Of a stretch of 64,000 bases of DNA, positions 5,870 to 16,683 are shown in pieces. Below the pieces are notes generated by a model. The model was not told where the DNA came from, ran no database searches, and saw nothing but the letters and a program-made list of their open reading frames with translations. The first letter of the stretch is position 1; each line of letters begins with the position of its first letter. The position numbers were made by a program, and so were the translations under genes. This DNA comes from a virus, in IMG/VR virus record IMGVR_UViG_3300042991_000780, positions 31,173-95,172 of that record; one strand, written 5' to 3'.

Positions 5870-7777
5870 TTAATCTTTTTTCATAATATCCTGACTCTTA
5901 GCATTTTTGCGGATATGTTCAAGTACACTTAAAACATTACTATTATCACTTTCAAGACTATCTGGATCAGTTAAAATAATTTTATTTTCTTTTGGTAATT
6001 GTGGTTTTTCTTCTTCAATTATGATAAGATCATCAGTTTTTACCACTGGAATTTCACCAGTAAGTTCAGTTTTTGTCTCACCACTCTCGCCATTCCAGTC
6101 AAAATAATCACCACTTGGTTTAATATTTTCATTATTGGTCATTATAATCGGTTGTAATGTTTCGGGAATTTCTGAGACATTACCTGTAACAATAAGTGGT
6201 TCTTTTTCAACCTTTGGTACTTCAACGTATTCCCTATTCCACGCTGCCTTAAATTCCTCAAGTTCATTTTTCTTTTCAATTATAACATCATCATTAACAT
6301 TATCCAGATGATCCGCATATTTTTCCGATATGACTTGAGCAATTTTTTGTTGCGATGATACTTTATTTGCAATATCTTCAATATTTTCAACATCAGTAGT
6401 CTTAATACCAGTTGTTTTAATTGGATACCTTTCATCTTCAATAACAATTTCCATTGTATCATTATTGAACCTACTATCCCTAAAAGTTTGACCATCTTGT
6501 GCAAATCTTGCTTTTATTATTCTGATGTTTGCAAGACCTGCTTCTTTCTGATCTGCAGTTTTTGCAACTGACATAAAGAAGTGTGCTTTTTGAACACGTT
6601 TAATGCTACCACCAGTTTGGTATGCTTCAACATATTCTGAATCAAATCCACTTCTGTTTGTCTGTATTGCAGTCCATGCCGGAATGTTAAAATCGGCAGC
6701 AAGTGCTTCAAACGATTTAATAACCTGAAGTTCTGCTTCCGTTCTATCAGTTGTTTTCTTATTTGATTCAAGACAATCAAGATAATCAACAATAAGCATA
6801 TCAAACTTAAAACCCCATTTTTTCTCGTAACGAATCATCCAGTTCCTAATGTCAGTCATTGTTGTATTTTCCTGACTAAACTTCTTTATTACAAGATGTC
6901 CCTTACCATTTAATTTTTGTTTCTTTTGTTCAACTTTCTCAGCAACTTCGCTTAGATGTTCATCCATTTTACTTAATTGAACACCAGTCCATATGGTAAA
7001 ATGTTTTCTCTGTATTTGTTCTATCGTATCCTCAAAAACTATTTGTGCAACATTTTTCCCGGCAAAATCATATGCAGTATTTGCAATTTTGGTAAGCATC
7101 GTAGTTTTCCCAACCCCGGATGGTGTTAATATAACACCAATTTCACCCTTACCAAGACCACCATCAGTTACAATATCAATAACACGAATACCTGTTGGTA
7201 TTGTCTGACGGAATTCTTTTCTCAATACTCTATCGATGTTATCAATTACTTCAGTTCCAAAATCTTCTTCTTCTCCAATATGTGATATTTTCAGTAGTTT
7301 TTCATCAATCTCACCAAGTACATGTTTTTTTCGTATTTCTCCAGTTTTTGTTTTATCAATTATAAATTCAGCAAATTTTCTCCATTCTTGTTGTTTAATG
7401 AATGTTGTTGTTGTCTTTCGAATAGCCTCACCGTCATAATCAAGTTCCTTGTTAATGATTCGTTCATTCCATAATTGAACTTTCTTTATTACGGCAAATA
7501 ACGATTCTTCCTCAATCTGATTGTTGGGTGCTTTAAATTGATTGATTGCTTGTTGAATACTTTGATTCTGTAAATTTGGTACTTTACCAAATTCTTTATA
7601 ATACTCCAATATTATAATGAAGAGTCTCCTATAATTTGGATCATCAAAATATTCAACAGATAAATTAGATAATGTTTTTTCGGCAAACTCTGGTTCGACA
7701 AGCAATTGCCACATAAGACGCAATTGAAATTCCGGTCCGAGATATGCCGTAAATGTATTTTCTGTAACTTCTGCCAT
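5870..7777 (-). CDS. Replicative DNA helicase (DnaB/T4 gp41-like) with a long acidic C-terminal extension
   Basis: Walker A TPSGVGKTT, LIVDYLD, WTAIQTNR, IIKARF. Confidence 0.9.
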   Translation of the reverse strand: MAEVTENTFTAYLGPEFQLRLMWQLLVEPEFAEKTLSNLSVEYFDDPNYRRLFIIILEYYKEFGKVPNLQNQSIQQAINQFKAPNNQIEEESLFAVIKKVQLWNERIINKELDYDGEAIRKTTTTFIKQQEWRKFAEFIIDKTKTGEIRKKHVLGEIDEKLLKISHIGEEEDFGTEVIDNIDRVLRKEFRQTIPTGIRVIDIVTDGGLGKGEIGVILTPSGVGKTTMLTKIANTAYDFAGKNVAQIVFEDTIEQIQRKHFTIWTGVQLSKMDEHLSEVAEKVEQKKQKLNGKGHLVIKKFSQENTTMTDIRNWMIRYEKKWGFKFDMLIVDYLDCLESNKKTTDRTEAELQVIKSFEALAADFNIPAWTAIQTNRSGFDSEYVEAYQTGGSIKRVQKAHFFMSVAKTADQKEAGLANIRIIKARFAQDGQTFRDSRFNNDTMEIVIEDERYPIKTTGIKTTDVENIEDIANKVSSQQKIAQVISEKYADHLDNVNDDVIIEKKNELEEFKAAWNREYVEVPKVEKEPLIVTGNVSEIPETLQPIIMTNNENIKPSGDYFDWNGESGETKTELTGEIPVVKTDDLIIIEEEKPQLPKENKIILTDPDSLESDNSNVLSVLEHIRKNAKSQDIMKKD

Positions 7778-7881
7778 TTTAAAATTTTCTTATAAAAAGG
7801 CAGTTGTTGCTATATATGAAATATGAAAATGAAGTATCAAAAACAAAGATTCACGCAACAACCGCCCAATATCAAACAGAC

Positions 7882-8484
7882 TTAGTTTTTCCTAAGTCTT
7901 CTCAACATCTCTTCTCTCTTAGCCGGAGAAAGTTCTCTGATCTGATTAATGGATAAACCTTTAATATTAATCAAATCATAATCGTCCCACATGTTTTTAA
8001 TATCGTTCCTTTTAATAAGATTGAAAATGTTATCAGCAACATCAACAACAGCATTAACCATATCGGCAGAAAATTTTGCAACCGGATTAAATCCGTCAAC
8101 ATAAAACATTCTTTCAACAATTGGTTTATCATTAATATAAAAACCAATTTTACATTCAACACCCCTAATTGTTTTATCTTCAATTTGTTGTACGATTGGT
8201 GTTGGATTATAATACATTTCTTTTCTCCACTCCTGCGGATATTTGCTAATCATCTTCTGATTATGTTGAAAAAAATCGAGTTCATTTGAAAACTGAGTTT
8301 CATATGATCGCTTCGATAATACCTTTTGTATTCTGGTGATTGCTTTTGGAAGAATTTCTCTTATGTCAATTGAATACCTTGTGAAAGGATTAAACTGATC
8401 GGCACTAAACACTTTTTCACACATCAACGTATTTTCCTGATATAGTGAAAACCTAAACATGTTATTAAATTCTTTCTCGTTCAT
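7882..8484 (-). CDS. Hypothetical protein
   Basis: 200-aa ORF in the replication block. TATATTTG promoter element at 8519-8526. Confidence 0.6.
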   Translation of the reverse strand: MNEKEFNNMFRFSLYQENTLMCEKVFSADQFNPFTRYSIDIREILPKAITRIQKVLSKRSYETQFSNELDFFQHNQKMISKYPQEWRKEMYYNPTPIVQQIEDKTIRGVECKIGFYINDKPIVERMFYVDGFNPVAKFSADMVNAVVDVADNIFNLIKRNDIKNMWDDYDLINIKGLSINQIRELSPAKREEMLRRLRKN

Positions 8485-8555
8485 ATAATTTTTTTTAAAT
8501 TGTTAAATCGTATCAATACAAATATAAATAGAATCCGGGTAACGTAAAAGAGTTT

Positions 8556-9608
8556 TTATAAATATTGTTTACTATTTTTATAATACTCTTTATATAAGTC
8601 TCTTTCACGACTCACAACAGTGAAAAATGGATCAACATATTGCACATATGTGCTTCCATAAATTGATAAAAAGTCATCTTCTCTCATCATAGGCAACAAG
8701 TTTTTACCACCCCTGTTTTTAATATCCAATGGAACATCAAGATCAGATAATGCTGAAACTGCTTGTTCATTAAGCATTGGTTCTCTTAAATTCACCAGTT
8801 TGTAATTGGTTTTTAGTCTTTCAATATTGCCCAATAAGTTTTCAAACGCTTTTAATGGTTTTAGTTTCTTGCTTACCCTTTCCTTATTAATTTGATCCGC
8901 TTTTCCACAAACTTCTCTAACTGTAAGATGTTTGAATTTCAATTCCGGGAAGTGTTCCAGTAATGTTTTTTCTTTTATCCCACCAACACCTTTTATATTA
9001 TCAGATGTGTCACCACATATTATTTTCAATATTAATGCATTTGAATAGTGATGATCAAAATACATCATATAATTTGTTTTGGTAACTGGTTGGTCAAGAT
9101 TTGGAAATATAATCGTAATATTTAAATCCAGAAGTTGTGCAAAATCCCTATCGTTAGAATATAGAAAGATTTCTTCTTTATTGTTATATTTCAAACAATA
9201 TGCTGCAATAATATCATCGGCTTCAATATCGTCAATTTCAATTTGTCTGAAATATAATTCTTCAGCATATGCTTGAATTCTAAGTCTTTGTTTTAAAATA
9301 GATTCTTCTTTCTCTCTTTCTCTGCGTATTTCAGCAGCAGTCATTTCAATTCTTCTATACCATTCTTTATTTTTTCGATTGGCTTTGTATTCTTTATCAA
9401 TATAATGACGCATAACACCCCCACCTTCGCCATCCCAGACCAATACAACCTTATTAATCATATGATCTTTAATTAACTTACGAATGGTTGTCATAAAAGA
9501 ATAAAGTCCACCTATATGTCCATATTTAGACGTATAGGTGTCCTTTGCTCCGTGAAATGAACGTTGCAAGAGATAAGAAGAATCTACCAACAAAGTTCTG
9601 ATTTTCAT
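8556..9608 (-). CDS. 5'-3' exonuclease/flap endonuclease (PolA N-terminal / T4 RNase H family)
   Basis: LLVDSS, VWDG, YKANR, EADD, SNDRD, GDTSDNIKGVGGIKEKT. Confidence 0.92.
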   Translation of the reverse strand: MKIRTLLVDSSYLLQRSFHGAKDTYTSKYGHIGGLYSFMTTIRKLIKDHMINKVVLVWDGEGGGVMRHYIDKEYKANRKNKEWYRRIEMTAAEIRREREKEESILKQRLRIQAYAEELYFRQIEIDDIEADDIIAAYCLKYNNKEEIFLYSNDRDFAQLLDLNITIIFPNLDQPVTKTNYMMYFDHHYSNALILKIICGDTSDNIKGVGGIKEKTLLEHFPELKFKHLTVREVCGKADQINKERVSKKLKPLKAFENLLGNIERLKTNYKLVNLREPMLNEQAVSALSDLDVPLDIKNRGGKNLLPMMREDDFLSIYGSTYVQYVDPFFTVVSRERDLYKEYYKNSKQYL

Positions 9609-9611
9609 AAA

Positions 9612-10736
9612 TTAATTGATTTCTTCAAGAAGGTCTTGTGTGTTATATTCTTCTTCGTTGCTTTCTTCGGTATATTCAACATCATCAATGTTACCACCAC
9701 CCAATATTTCCATAAACATATCAGCATGTTCCTTAAAATACTGCTTTGCAAGTACATCTTTGGGTGAATCTGGAATGAATCCATGTGGTGTGGCAATAAG
9801 TTTCGTATTTAATGATATACCAGTAACATGGTTTTTTGCAATATTAACCTTAGTTCTTGTTGCATATGTTACTTCTACACCGTTTTTTTTAACCTTTAGT
9901 TTTGAAATACCTGAATTGGTAACATTTCCGAAAACAACCTGTATTGTTGAATTGAATGGAATTGTATCACCACCTTTTGCAGCAATCTTTGGTAAGCCTC
10001 TAAATACTTCCGGTTTCCTAACCCAAACCTGACAAATGATTGCCATGTAATTATTGTGTGGATAACCATCTTTTTTGCACATATTAAGTTTGGGAATTAA
10101 ATTCTTTCCGAATACCCTTGATATTGCACCAGCATCCCATTCATTATTCTGACTATCACTTGTGAAACTTAAATTAGATTGTATTGTACCAATACTATCA
10201 ATTAAAATACATAGATCACGCTGTAACTTTCCGTCTGCTTGGAGTTTAAATAATTGACTTATTTTATCTCCCATTTCTTCAATAGTATTAAACCTTGACC
10301 TGTCGATGAATAAGAAATCACCCTTATATTCGATCATACCAGTTTCTTCATCAACTTCTTCGGTAAATTCAATACCCATTGTTTTTAAATGCTCCCAAGC
10401 AAATTTTAACTCAGTAATAATAAACACAGGTAAAACATTATCAGGTGATTGCTGACATGAATATGCTATTTCATATAAAAGTGTACTTTTTCCACTATCT
10501 GTATGCCCAATGATATTCATCATTTCATTTGCGGGAATTCCGGGCAATCCAGTTGCCTTACAAAATGCACTTTGACCCAATACATTTGTTATTGGTAGCC
10601 ATTTCCTTGGTTTAAATTTAACTGTTGCATCAAACTTATAATCCTTTTTAAAATTTTCTAACGAAAATTCTTTTTTTGCTATTGGTTTCCTTGCTGGATT
10701 TGCAGGAACTTCATTATCTGTAACATTCTTTGCCAT
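9612..10736 (-). CDS. RecA/UvsX-like recombinase
   Basis: Walker A GHTDSGKST, ILIDSIG, KGG, KNH. Confidence 0.85.
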   Translation of the reverse strand: MAKNVTDNEVPANPARKPIAKKEFSLENFKKDYKFDATVKFKPRKWLPITNVLGQSAFCKATGLPGIPANEMMNIIGHTDSGKSTLLYEIAYSCQQSPDNVLPVFIITELKFAWEHLKTMGIEFTEEVDEETGMIEYKGDFLFIDRSRFNTIEEMGDKISQLFKLQADGKLQRDLCILIDSIGTIQSNLSFTSDSQNNEWDAGAISRVFGKNLIPKLNMCKKDGYPHNNYMAIICQVWVRKPEVFRGLPKIAAKGGDTIPFNSTIQVVFGNVTNSGISKLKVKKNGVEVTYATRTKVNIAKNHVTGISLNTKLIATPHGFIPDSPKDVLAKQYFKEHADMFMEILGGGNIDDVEYTEESNEEEYNTQDLLEEIN

Positions 10737-10756
10737 AATATTTTTATTTTTTTGTT

Positions 10757-10784
10757 AAAAAAGGGGGACGAGAATCCCCCTTTT
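10757..10784 (-). terminator. Intrinsic terminator after SSB
   Basis: AAAAGGGGGA/TCCCCCTTTT stem plus T run. Confidence 0.8.
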
Positions 10785-10801
10785 AGTTAATTACCAATAC
10801 C

Positions 10802-12034
10802 TTAGAAGGGTAAATCGTCATAGTTGTCATCACCTGAACTTTCCGGTTCTGGTTCGGATTGTGTTGCTGGTTGTGATGATGTCATAACCGATGCATGACT
10901 CATATCAACAGCATCATCCTTATAAGTACCAACGTTTTGTTCAGTAATATTACTGATTGTAACACGTGGGTATTCTTCATCAATAAGATCAGATGCCTGT
11001 TCAAATTCTTCTTCACCATCAGCATCAAGATTACGCTTGCGTGTATTTGCTGCTTCTTCCAGTTCTGGATTGCCCGGAAATACCCAATGCTTGTTGTTTG
11101 CATCGCTATCATCCCAATAAGGATTATTGCCATTTGCAACCATATCAAGGAATTGATATGCATCAATACCGGGTGCTTTCTTAGGTGGATACACATCTCT
11201 CCAAGTTGTGTCATCTTCAAGCCAAGTCCTAACAACAGCAGGGTCATCATGAAGTTTTGACTTACCACTAAACATAATTGCAGATATTGTCTTGTAAGTT
11301 GTGTTCTTCCAAGGCGTATCTGTCATAAGAATGTTTAAATCAGTACCGTTCTCAGGATGTGAGAAGTCGGCTTGTTGAGTACTCATGTACTGTTCCAAGA
11401 TTGGAAGTAACTTGTCGAGAGTACCTTGATTCTTGAAATTGTGTTTAAATCTCCAGAATTTAACACCGTCTTTCATTTCACCCTTATCGATACCACGAAC
11501 AATGTAGAATTTTTTTGCTTCCCAAGTGTTTGCTTCCAAGAAAATTTCCTTATTTTTTTCGAAAATTTTCAATTCATCAGCATTGAGAGATTCTTTCTTC
11601 CTACCTTTTAATGCAGGATTCTGTTGTACAAGAATTTTCTTTGCTTTGGCACATAACGGACATGGTGCTGGAATCATGATCGGCTGACCATTCGTATCCA
11701 AATACGGCTGACCTTTAGTATCCAATTTCTTTACTTTTGGATCATTGTGTGCCGGACAATAAATAATTGTTCCGTGTTTCTTCTTACCACCAGTAGTGGT
11801 TGTAGGAACAACATGGAAGAATGCTTCCTCAATGTGTTTCTTTCCGGGTTTTGGGGGTAAAATTCTGAAGATTTCTTTGTTGTTGCGGGGAACAAAATAC
11901 TTAGATAAAATTTCCTCACGTGATTTTCTTCTCGATGACTGTGCTTGTGATTTTTTTGCGAAGTCAGAGAACATTCTTTTCAAATTTGACAAATCTCCAC
12001 CTTGTGGGTTTGTCATTTCATTTTGGTTTTCCAT
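10802..12034 (-). CDS. Single-stranded DNA-binding protein (gp32-like)
   Basis: FRILPP, CPLC, GVKFWRF, GTDLNI motifs and an acidic tail ending DDLPF. Confidence 0.8.
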   Translation of the reverse strand: MENQNEMTNPQGGDLSNLKRMFSDFAKKSQAQSSRRKSREEILSKYFVPRNNKEIFRILPPKPGKKHIEEAFFHVVPTTTTGGKKKHGTIIYCPAHNDPKVKKLDTKGQPYLDTNGQPIMIPAPCPLCAKAKKILVQQNPALKGRKKESLNADELKIFEKNKEIFLEANTWEAKKFYIVRGIDKGEMKDGVKFWRFKHNFKNQGTLDKLLPILEQYMSTQQADFSHPENGTDLNILMTDTPWKNTTYKTISAIMFSGKSKLHDDPAVVRTWLEDDTTWRDVYPPKKAPGIDAYQFLDMVANGNNPYWDDSDANNKHWVFPGNPELEEAANTRKRNLDADGEEEFEQASDLIDEEYPRVTISNITEQNVGTYKDDAVDMSHASVMTSSQPATQSEPEPESSGDDNYDDLPF

Positions 12035-12153
12035 TTCAATTAAAATTTCAATAAAATTATTTTTTTCAATTATAAAAATTGCAATACAAAAATACAGTGC
12101 ATTTTATATAAATACAAGGATTTTTAAAAATAAACTCAGTGATTTTATCAACA

Positions 12154-13602
12154 TTATGGTTTTAATATACCATCAGAAACTACTGTAAATGAAAGGGTTT
12201 GTTTATTTTCATAATAATTTCCGTTTTTCATTCTTATTTGTAGAAAATAATCTTGAGGTATTAACCATGATGTGTCAAGGGTGAATTCATAACCCTTATT
12301 TGTCCTGTCAACAGGGGTAAACGGTATAACATCAATCTCATATTTCTTGCCAAGTGTTGTGAATAATCGATATTCAATATCCAAAGGTAAGAAATTATTC
12401 TGATTTGCATACAATTCTTTGATTGTTAACTTAATCTTTCTGATATTCCCGGCAGTAATATTTTCTTTTTCACCTATTCCCCAGAAATAAAAGAAATAAT
12501 TATCAAACTCAATCTGATTTGAATTATCAAAAGTGTAATACTTGTCAGATGATATTAAATAGAACTGACCAGTATATGTTGTTGGTCTACCGTTAATTGT
12601 TACATTCCAAGTATCTTCAAATATTATGGCATCATTAAGTAATTTACCTTCATATATCTCAGAATCAACCTGATAATTAATATAATATACACCCTTTGAA
12701 ACACCTGTAATATCAGTGATTGTGTCAACCAATGTACCTTGATTATCACGTATTTCAACGCTATCAACAGTAATATTAAAGTCTGCTGAGTTGCCAACAT
12801 TCACATATAGATATAATCTATTTTCTTTATCCAAGTAGAAATAGTTTCGATCATCAACAATAGTGTCATCAATTATTGTTTCAATATAAGGTTCATACCA
12901 AGTATTTGTATTTTTAGCATGAAATGCGACAGATTGTCTATATTCCGTTTTACCGGATTCAATATATTCAGCAAATTTAATTCCTAAACCAAATGAATTA
13001 CCAGTATATGCTGTTGTTCCAGTATAATCATCACCAAATAATCTTTGATTAATATAATCAGTTATATCAATTTCAATATTTTCATTACCCTTTTCAAATG
13101 TTTGACCGGATATTATGATTTGAGTTCCGCCAGTGTATGCACCCTCGTTAGTCCAAGGCGTATTTGTTTTTCTATCAAACCAGTTTGAAGGTGGATCAAT
13201 AATGTTGTTGCTTACTACATCAACATAAGGATATACGGTATCATTGAATATAAAATCATATCCACTACCTTCATCCCAATCCTCATCGATATTAAACAGG
13301 TCTAATTCGAAACTGCTTGCTCTTTCTATATTTACAGAATATGATTTTCTTCCAAGATATTGCGGAGCATAACTAATTGTGTTGGTCATATGCAATACGT
13401 GCCTAACAATACGATTAGGGTTAATAAACCCATCCTCAATCCTTTTCTTCAATTCACTTAGTTCAACGTCAAAGATAAATCTGCTTGGCTGTTTGTTTAA
13501 CGTGCCATAAGATATCTCAGTCACTGGATTTTGTGAATTGTTGGTAAGGTTGTTGCTTATCAACGTATTGTTTTTTGAAAAGTATGACCTAAAAACTGAC
13601 AT
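12154..13602 (-). CDS. Virion structural protein (DNRLRE-like N-terminal domain)
   Basis: SRFIFD...EDWDEGSG...W. Beta-rich, with a GTATTTAT motif at 13616-13623. Confidence 0.5.
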   Translation of the reverse strand: MSVFRSYFSKNNTLISNNLTNNSQNPVTEISYGTLNKQPSRFIFDVELSELKKRIEDGFINPNRIVRHVLHMTNTISYAPQYLGRKSYSVNIERASSFELDLFNIDEDWDEGSGYDFIFNDTVYPYVDVVSNNIIDPPSNWFDRKTNTPWTNEGAYTGGTQIIISGQTFEKGNENIEIDITDYINQRLFGDDYTGTTAYTGNSFGLGIKFAEYIESGKTEYRQSVAFHAKNTNTWYEPYIETIIDDTIVDDRNYFYLDKENRLYLYVNVGNSADFNITVDSVEIRDNQGTLVDTITDITGVSKGVYYINYQVDSEIYEGKLLNDAIIFEDTWNVTINGRPTTYTGQFYLISSDKYYTFDNSNQIEFDNYFFYFWGIGEKENITAGNIRKIKLTIKELYANQNNFLPLDIEYRLFTTLGKKYEIDVIPFTPVDRTNKGYEFTLDTSWLIPQDYFLQIRMKNGNYYENKQTLSFTVVSDGILKP

Positions 13603-13632
13603 CTTCTATTTTAATATAAATACCTAACAAAC

Positions 13633-13661
13633 AAAAAAGACTACCAGTTCGATAGTCTTTT
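13633..13661 (-). terminator. Intrinsic terminator
   Basis: AAAAGACTA/TAGTCTTTT stem. Confidence 0.7.
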
Positions 13662-13691
13662 ATTGTTAAATTCAATCATTATTTTTTCAGT

Positions 13692-15236
13692 TTACTTCTC
13701 AGAACCCTTAAATTGTTTCCAAAGTTCGAAGTATTCATCTTTTTCGTCATCACTTAAATTATCAAAATCTTTTTGAGAGTATTCCATATACTTATTATGT
13801 GCATCTTTGTCTTCATATCCAGTTTCTGCTGCAGCATAATCAAATTCTTCACCAACATTTTTTGGTTCATACCCAAGAAGGACATCAGTTAATTCATTAT
13901 CAACAGCCTTGTCATCCATTTTTTCAGCATCTGCTGTTTGTACACCCTGTTCAACCTGATCAGCATATGGATCAAATGACATACCATCGTCTTCTTTTAG
14001 TTTAATCTTCTTTGATTTACGTTTTTTCTTTTGTCTGGGATATTTGGCTTTATCGGGTTCAAATTCTTTTCCCATTCCTTCCGGGTAACTGTAACTACTA
14101 TCTTCACTTTCATTTAAATGTGTTAATCCAAAATAATCAAAAAACATTGCAACAGCAACTTCTTTAATTCTTGCTTTATATGCTAAAGGTTCTTGAAATT
14201 TTCTCATTTCCCAATCCTCAGTATTATCAACAAATTTCTGTGCAGCAAGAACAATTGCTTTTTTTCTTTCTGATTCATCAGGTAACATATCATATTGTTT
14301 TCCAATTGATTTTTCAACACCTGCTGCTTCAACGTTTTCTTCGAATTTCATTCCTTTTTCTTTCACAAGTTTATTGGCTTCGATCATAACTTCATTGTGA
14401 GTCGGAGAATAGTTTGGATTTCTTGGTGATTTGTTCTTTGCGACAAGATTATCGTATGCCTGATATATCAAATCCACCTTTTCTTGTGATAATTCACCAG
14501 AATCATCATCGTCATCTTCTTCATCAGGAACATTCTTATCTGATGCTGGTAAAATTTGAACTGGACGACCAGTATTATACCTACTTAATGCACCTGCTTC
14601 AGTATCAAAACTATCCCACATTTCTTCATTCACAAATTTTTCCAATTCATCTGCTTTTACTCTCACATCTGCATTTGTTGGTTTTTCATCAGCATATTGC
14701 TTATGTGTTTGCATTTGTTCAGAACCTGCCTTGTATGGTATCTTATCGATCAAACCAATAGCATCTTCATATAATGATGTATTTACTGGTTCTTCTTCTT
14801 CAACATCAACATATCCATCAACAAGATCAAACATTTCATTTTCATGCTGTTGATTGAAATTAACAAGTCCATGTTCATCCATTTCAACAGATTCTTCTGT
14901 ATCTACGGCATCAAATGAAAATGCAAATAATTCCACATTACTGATTTCGTGAACACCTTCCTGATCACCTTCCTGACTATCCACTTTGAAAGTAAATGTT
15001 ACATTATTACCTTCTCTGTCAGTACGAACTAATACAACATATGTCTGATCGCCATTAACTTCAACTCTGTTTTCTTCTTCTTTAAGTCTGCCGTTTTTTA
15101 AATCATCAAATGCAACATCCAAAACTTTTTTTGGATTTAGGTTTAATCCAAAATCTTCATTTAATTTAACTTTATTGACCTTCTGAAAAACTTCAACAAG
15201 TCTTTCTTTGCTACCTATGTCTTTATAAACTTTCAT
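13692..15236 (-). CDS. Acidic probable internal head protein
   Basis: Very D/E rich with several (L/V)NE sites. N-terminus shared with the neighbouring ORF. Confidence 0.5.
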   Translation of the reverse strand: MKVYKDIGSKERLVEVFQKVNKVKLNEDFGLNLNPKKVLDVAFDDLKNGRLKEEENRVEVNGDQTYVVLVRTDREGNNVTFTFKVDSQEGDQEGVHEISNVELFAFSFDAVDTEESVEMDEHGLVNFNQQHENEMFDLVDGYVDVEEEEPVNTSLYEDAIGLIDKIPYKAGSEQMQTHKQYADEKPTNADVRVKADELEKFVNEEMWDSFDTEAGALSRYNTGRPVQILPASDKNVPDEEDDDDDSGELSQEKVDLIYQAYDNLVAKNKSPRNPNYSPTHNEVMIEANKLVKEKGMKFEENVEAAGVEKSIGKQYDMLPDESERKKAIVLAAQKFVDNTEDWEMRKFQEPLAYKARIKEVAVAMFFDYFGLTHLNESEDSSYSYPEGMGKEFEPDKAKYPRQKKKRKSKKIKLKEDDGMSFDPYADQVEQGVQTADAEKMDDKAVDNELTDVLLGYEPKNVGEEFDYAAAETGYEDKDAHNKYMEYSQKDFDNLSDDEKDEYFELWKQFKGSEK

Positions 15237-15248
15237 GTTTTTAATTAT

Positions 15249-15695
15249 TTATTCAAATATTATTGGGTTTTGTTGTCCAAATTCTCTTAACAGTACCCCG
15301 GCAAGTGCGTTTGCTTCATTTTCAATTTCACTGCCAGTATCGTTTGAATCTGGTTTGAGTTTGTTATCTTTTCTTTGTTTGTGATGAACTAATTCATGTG
15401 CTAATGTTCTTAAAATATCAGCCAAATTTCTGTTTACGGCAACAACTCTTAATTCATTGGTTTCCGGTGTGTATTTACCAAATGATTTCATTGTGGTTGC
15501 TTCATCAGGGTCTTGTGAAATTTTTAAATCCGGCATGTCACCATCTAATTCAAGTTTTTCGTTAGCAAAATCAATAAACTCATTGATAACACTCATCTTT
15601 TCTTCCATTGGAAGTAATGATTCATTAATGTTATTAACTCTTTTCATCATTTCAAAGAGTCTTTCTTTGCTACCATGTGAATGAAAAACTTTCAT
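15249..15695 (-). CDS. Zincin-like (HExxH) protein, probable head-packaged protein
   Basis: TLAHELVHHKQ...ENEANA. Confidence 0.6.
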   Translation of the reverse strand: MKVFHSHGSKERLFEMMKRVNNINESLLPMEEKMSVINEFIDFANEKLELDGDMPDLKISQDPDEATTMKSFGKYTPETNELRVVAVNRNLADILRTLAHELVHHKQRKDNKLKPDSNDTGSEIENEANALAGVLLREFGQQNPIIFE

Positions 15696-15697
15696 TT

Positions 15698-16432
15698 TTA
15701 AACCATATCATTAAAACTACTCTGGACATCAATTTTAGAAATTTCGGGTAAATCATCGAAATCAGCGACAAATGATCCATCTGGTAATTCTCTGATTCCT
15801 TTTTCCATCACATCATCACGTTTTTCGTTAAACCAATTTCCTTTCCAGAAATCATTTAAATTAAAATAATATGGATATGAAACATTCTTTTTGCTCATAA
15901 GTTTCTCAGAATTCGTTGGTTCACGAACTTCTTCAACATCGGCATTTAGTTTCGATAATTGACTGTTTAAACTATTAACGCTATCTTCCAATGATTTAAG
16001 TTCACCATGAATGCCTTTCATAGCCTCAATATTGTGCTTAATAATATCATTCTGAATATCGTTAATTGGTGGTGTTGACATACCAGCACCCATACCCATT
16101 GGGTCAGTACTTACTGTTGGGTCTTCTTCACCACCCACTGGTGGCATTCCACCAGCAGCAGTTTCACCAGTCTCGGCATATTCTGGTACTGGTGCATCTT
16201 CCATGCCCATAGGTTGATCGTTAGATGGTTCAGTTGGTGTTGTTCCACCACCCGGAATCTCAGCGTCTTCTTGTTCTCCCGCCTCATTGGTCAGTACTGG
16301 AACATTATCAAATTCCTCACCATCACTAACCAATGGACGATATCGTGGCGATTCACCAATCACATAATCGTTACGATATAAAATCCTTCTAAGATGATCC
16401 TCGGAAAGATTAGTTTTCTTATCATTTTTCAT
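15698..16432 (-). CDS. Hypothetical acidic/Pro-Gly-rich protein with a coiled coil (scaffold-like)
   Basis: Low-complexity middle, heptad region, co-oriented with the putative head genes. Confidence 0.45.
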   Translation of the reverse strand: MKNDKKTNLSEDHLRRILYRNDYVIGESPRYRPLVSDGEEFDNVPVLTNEAGEQEDAEIPGGGTTPTEPSNDQPMGMEDAPVPEYAETGETAAGGMPPVGGEEDPTVSTDPMGMGAGMSTPPINDIQNDIIKHNIEAMKGIHGELKSLEDSVNSLNSQLSKLNADVEEVREPTNSEKLMSKKNVSYPYYFNLNDFWKGNWFNEKRDDVMEKGIRELPDGSFVADFDDLPEISKIDVQSSFNDMV

Positions 16433-16445
16433 TAGACAATAATTA

Positions 16446-16637
16446 TTAATACCACTCTCTTAGTAATTGTTTACCATCTTTGGTAACAAACACACGGTCA
16501 ATTCTTTCGATCAAACCTTCTCTCTCATCAAGAACAACCTTTTTTACTGCTTCTTTTTTTTCCTTCTCTATCAATTCTTCTTCTGTTAAAGGAGTTTCAA
16601 TAAAATTGTTAAGTGCTTTTTCTACATTATTTTCCAT
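16446..16637 (-). CDS. Small hypothetical late protein
   Basis: GTATTTAT motif at 16658-16665. Confidence 0.55.
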   Translation of the reverse strand: MENNVEKALNNFIETPLTEEELIEKEKKEAVKKVVLDEREGLIERIDRVFVTKDGKQLLREWY

Positions 16638-16683
16638 AACATTATATTTTATTTATTATAAATACTCAATAAACATATAAATA

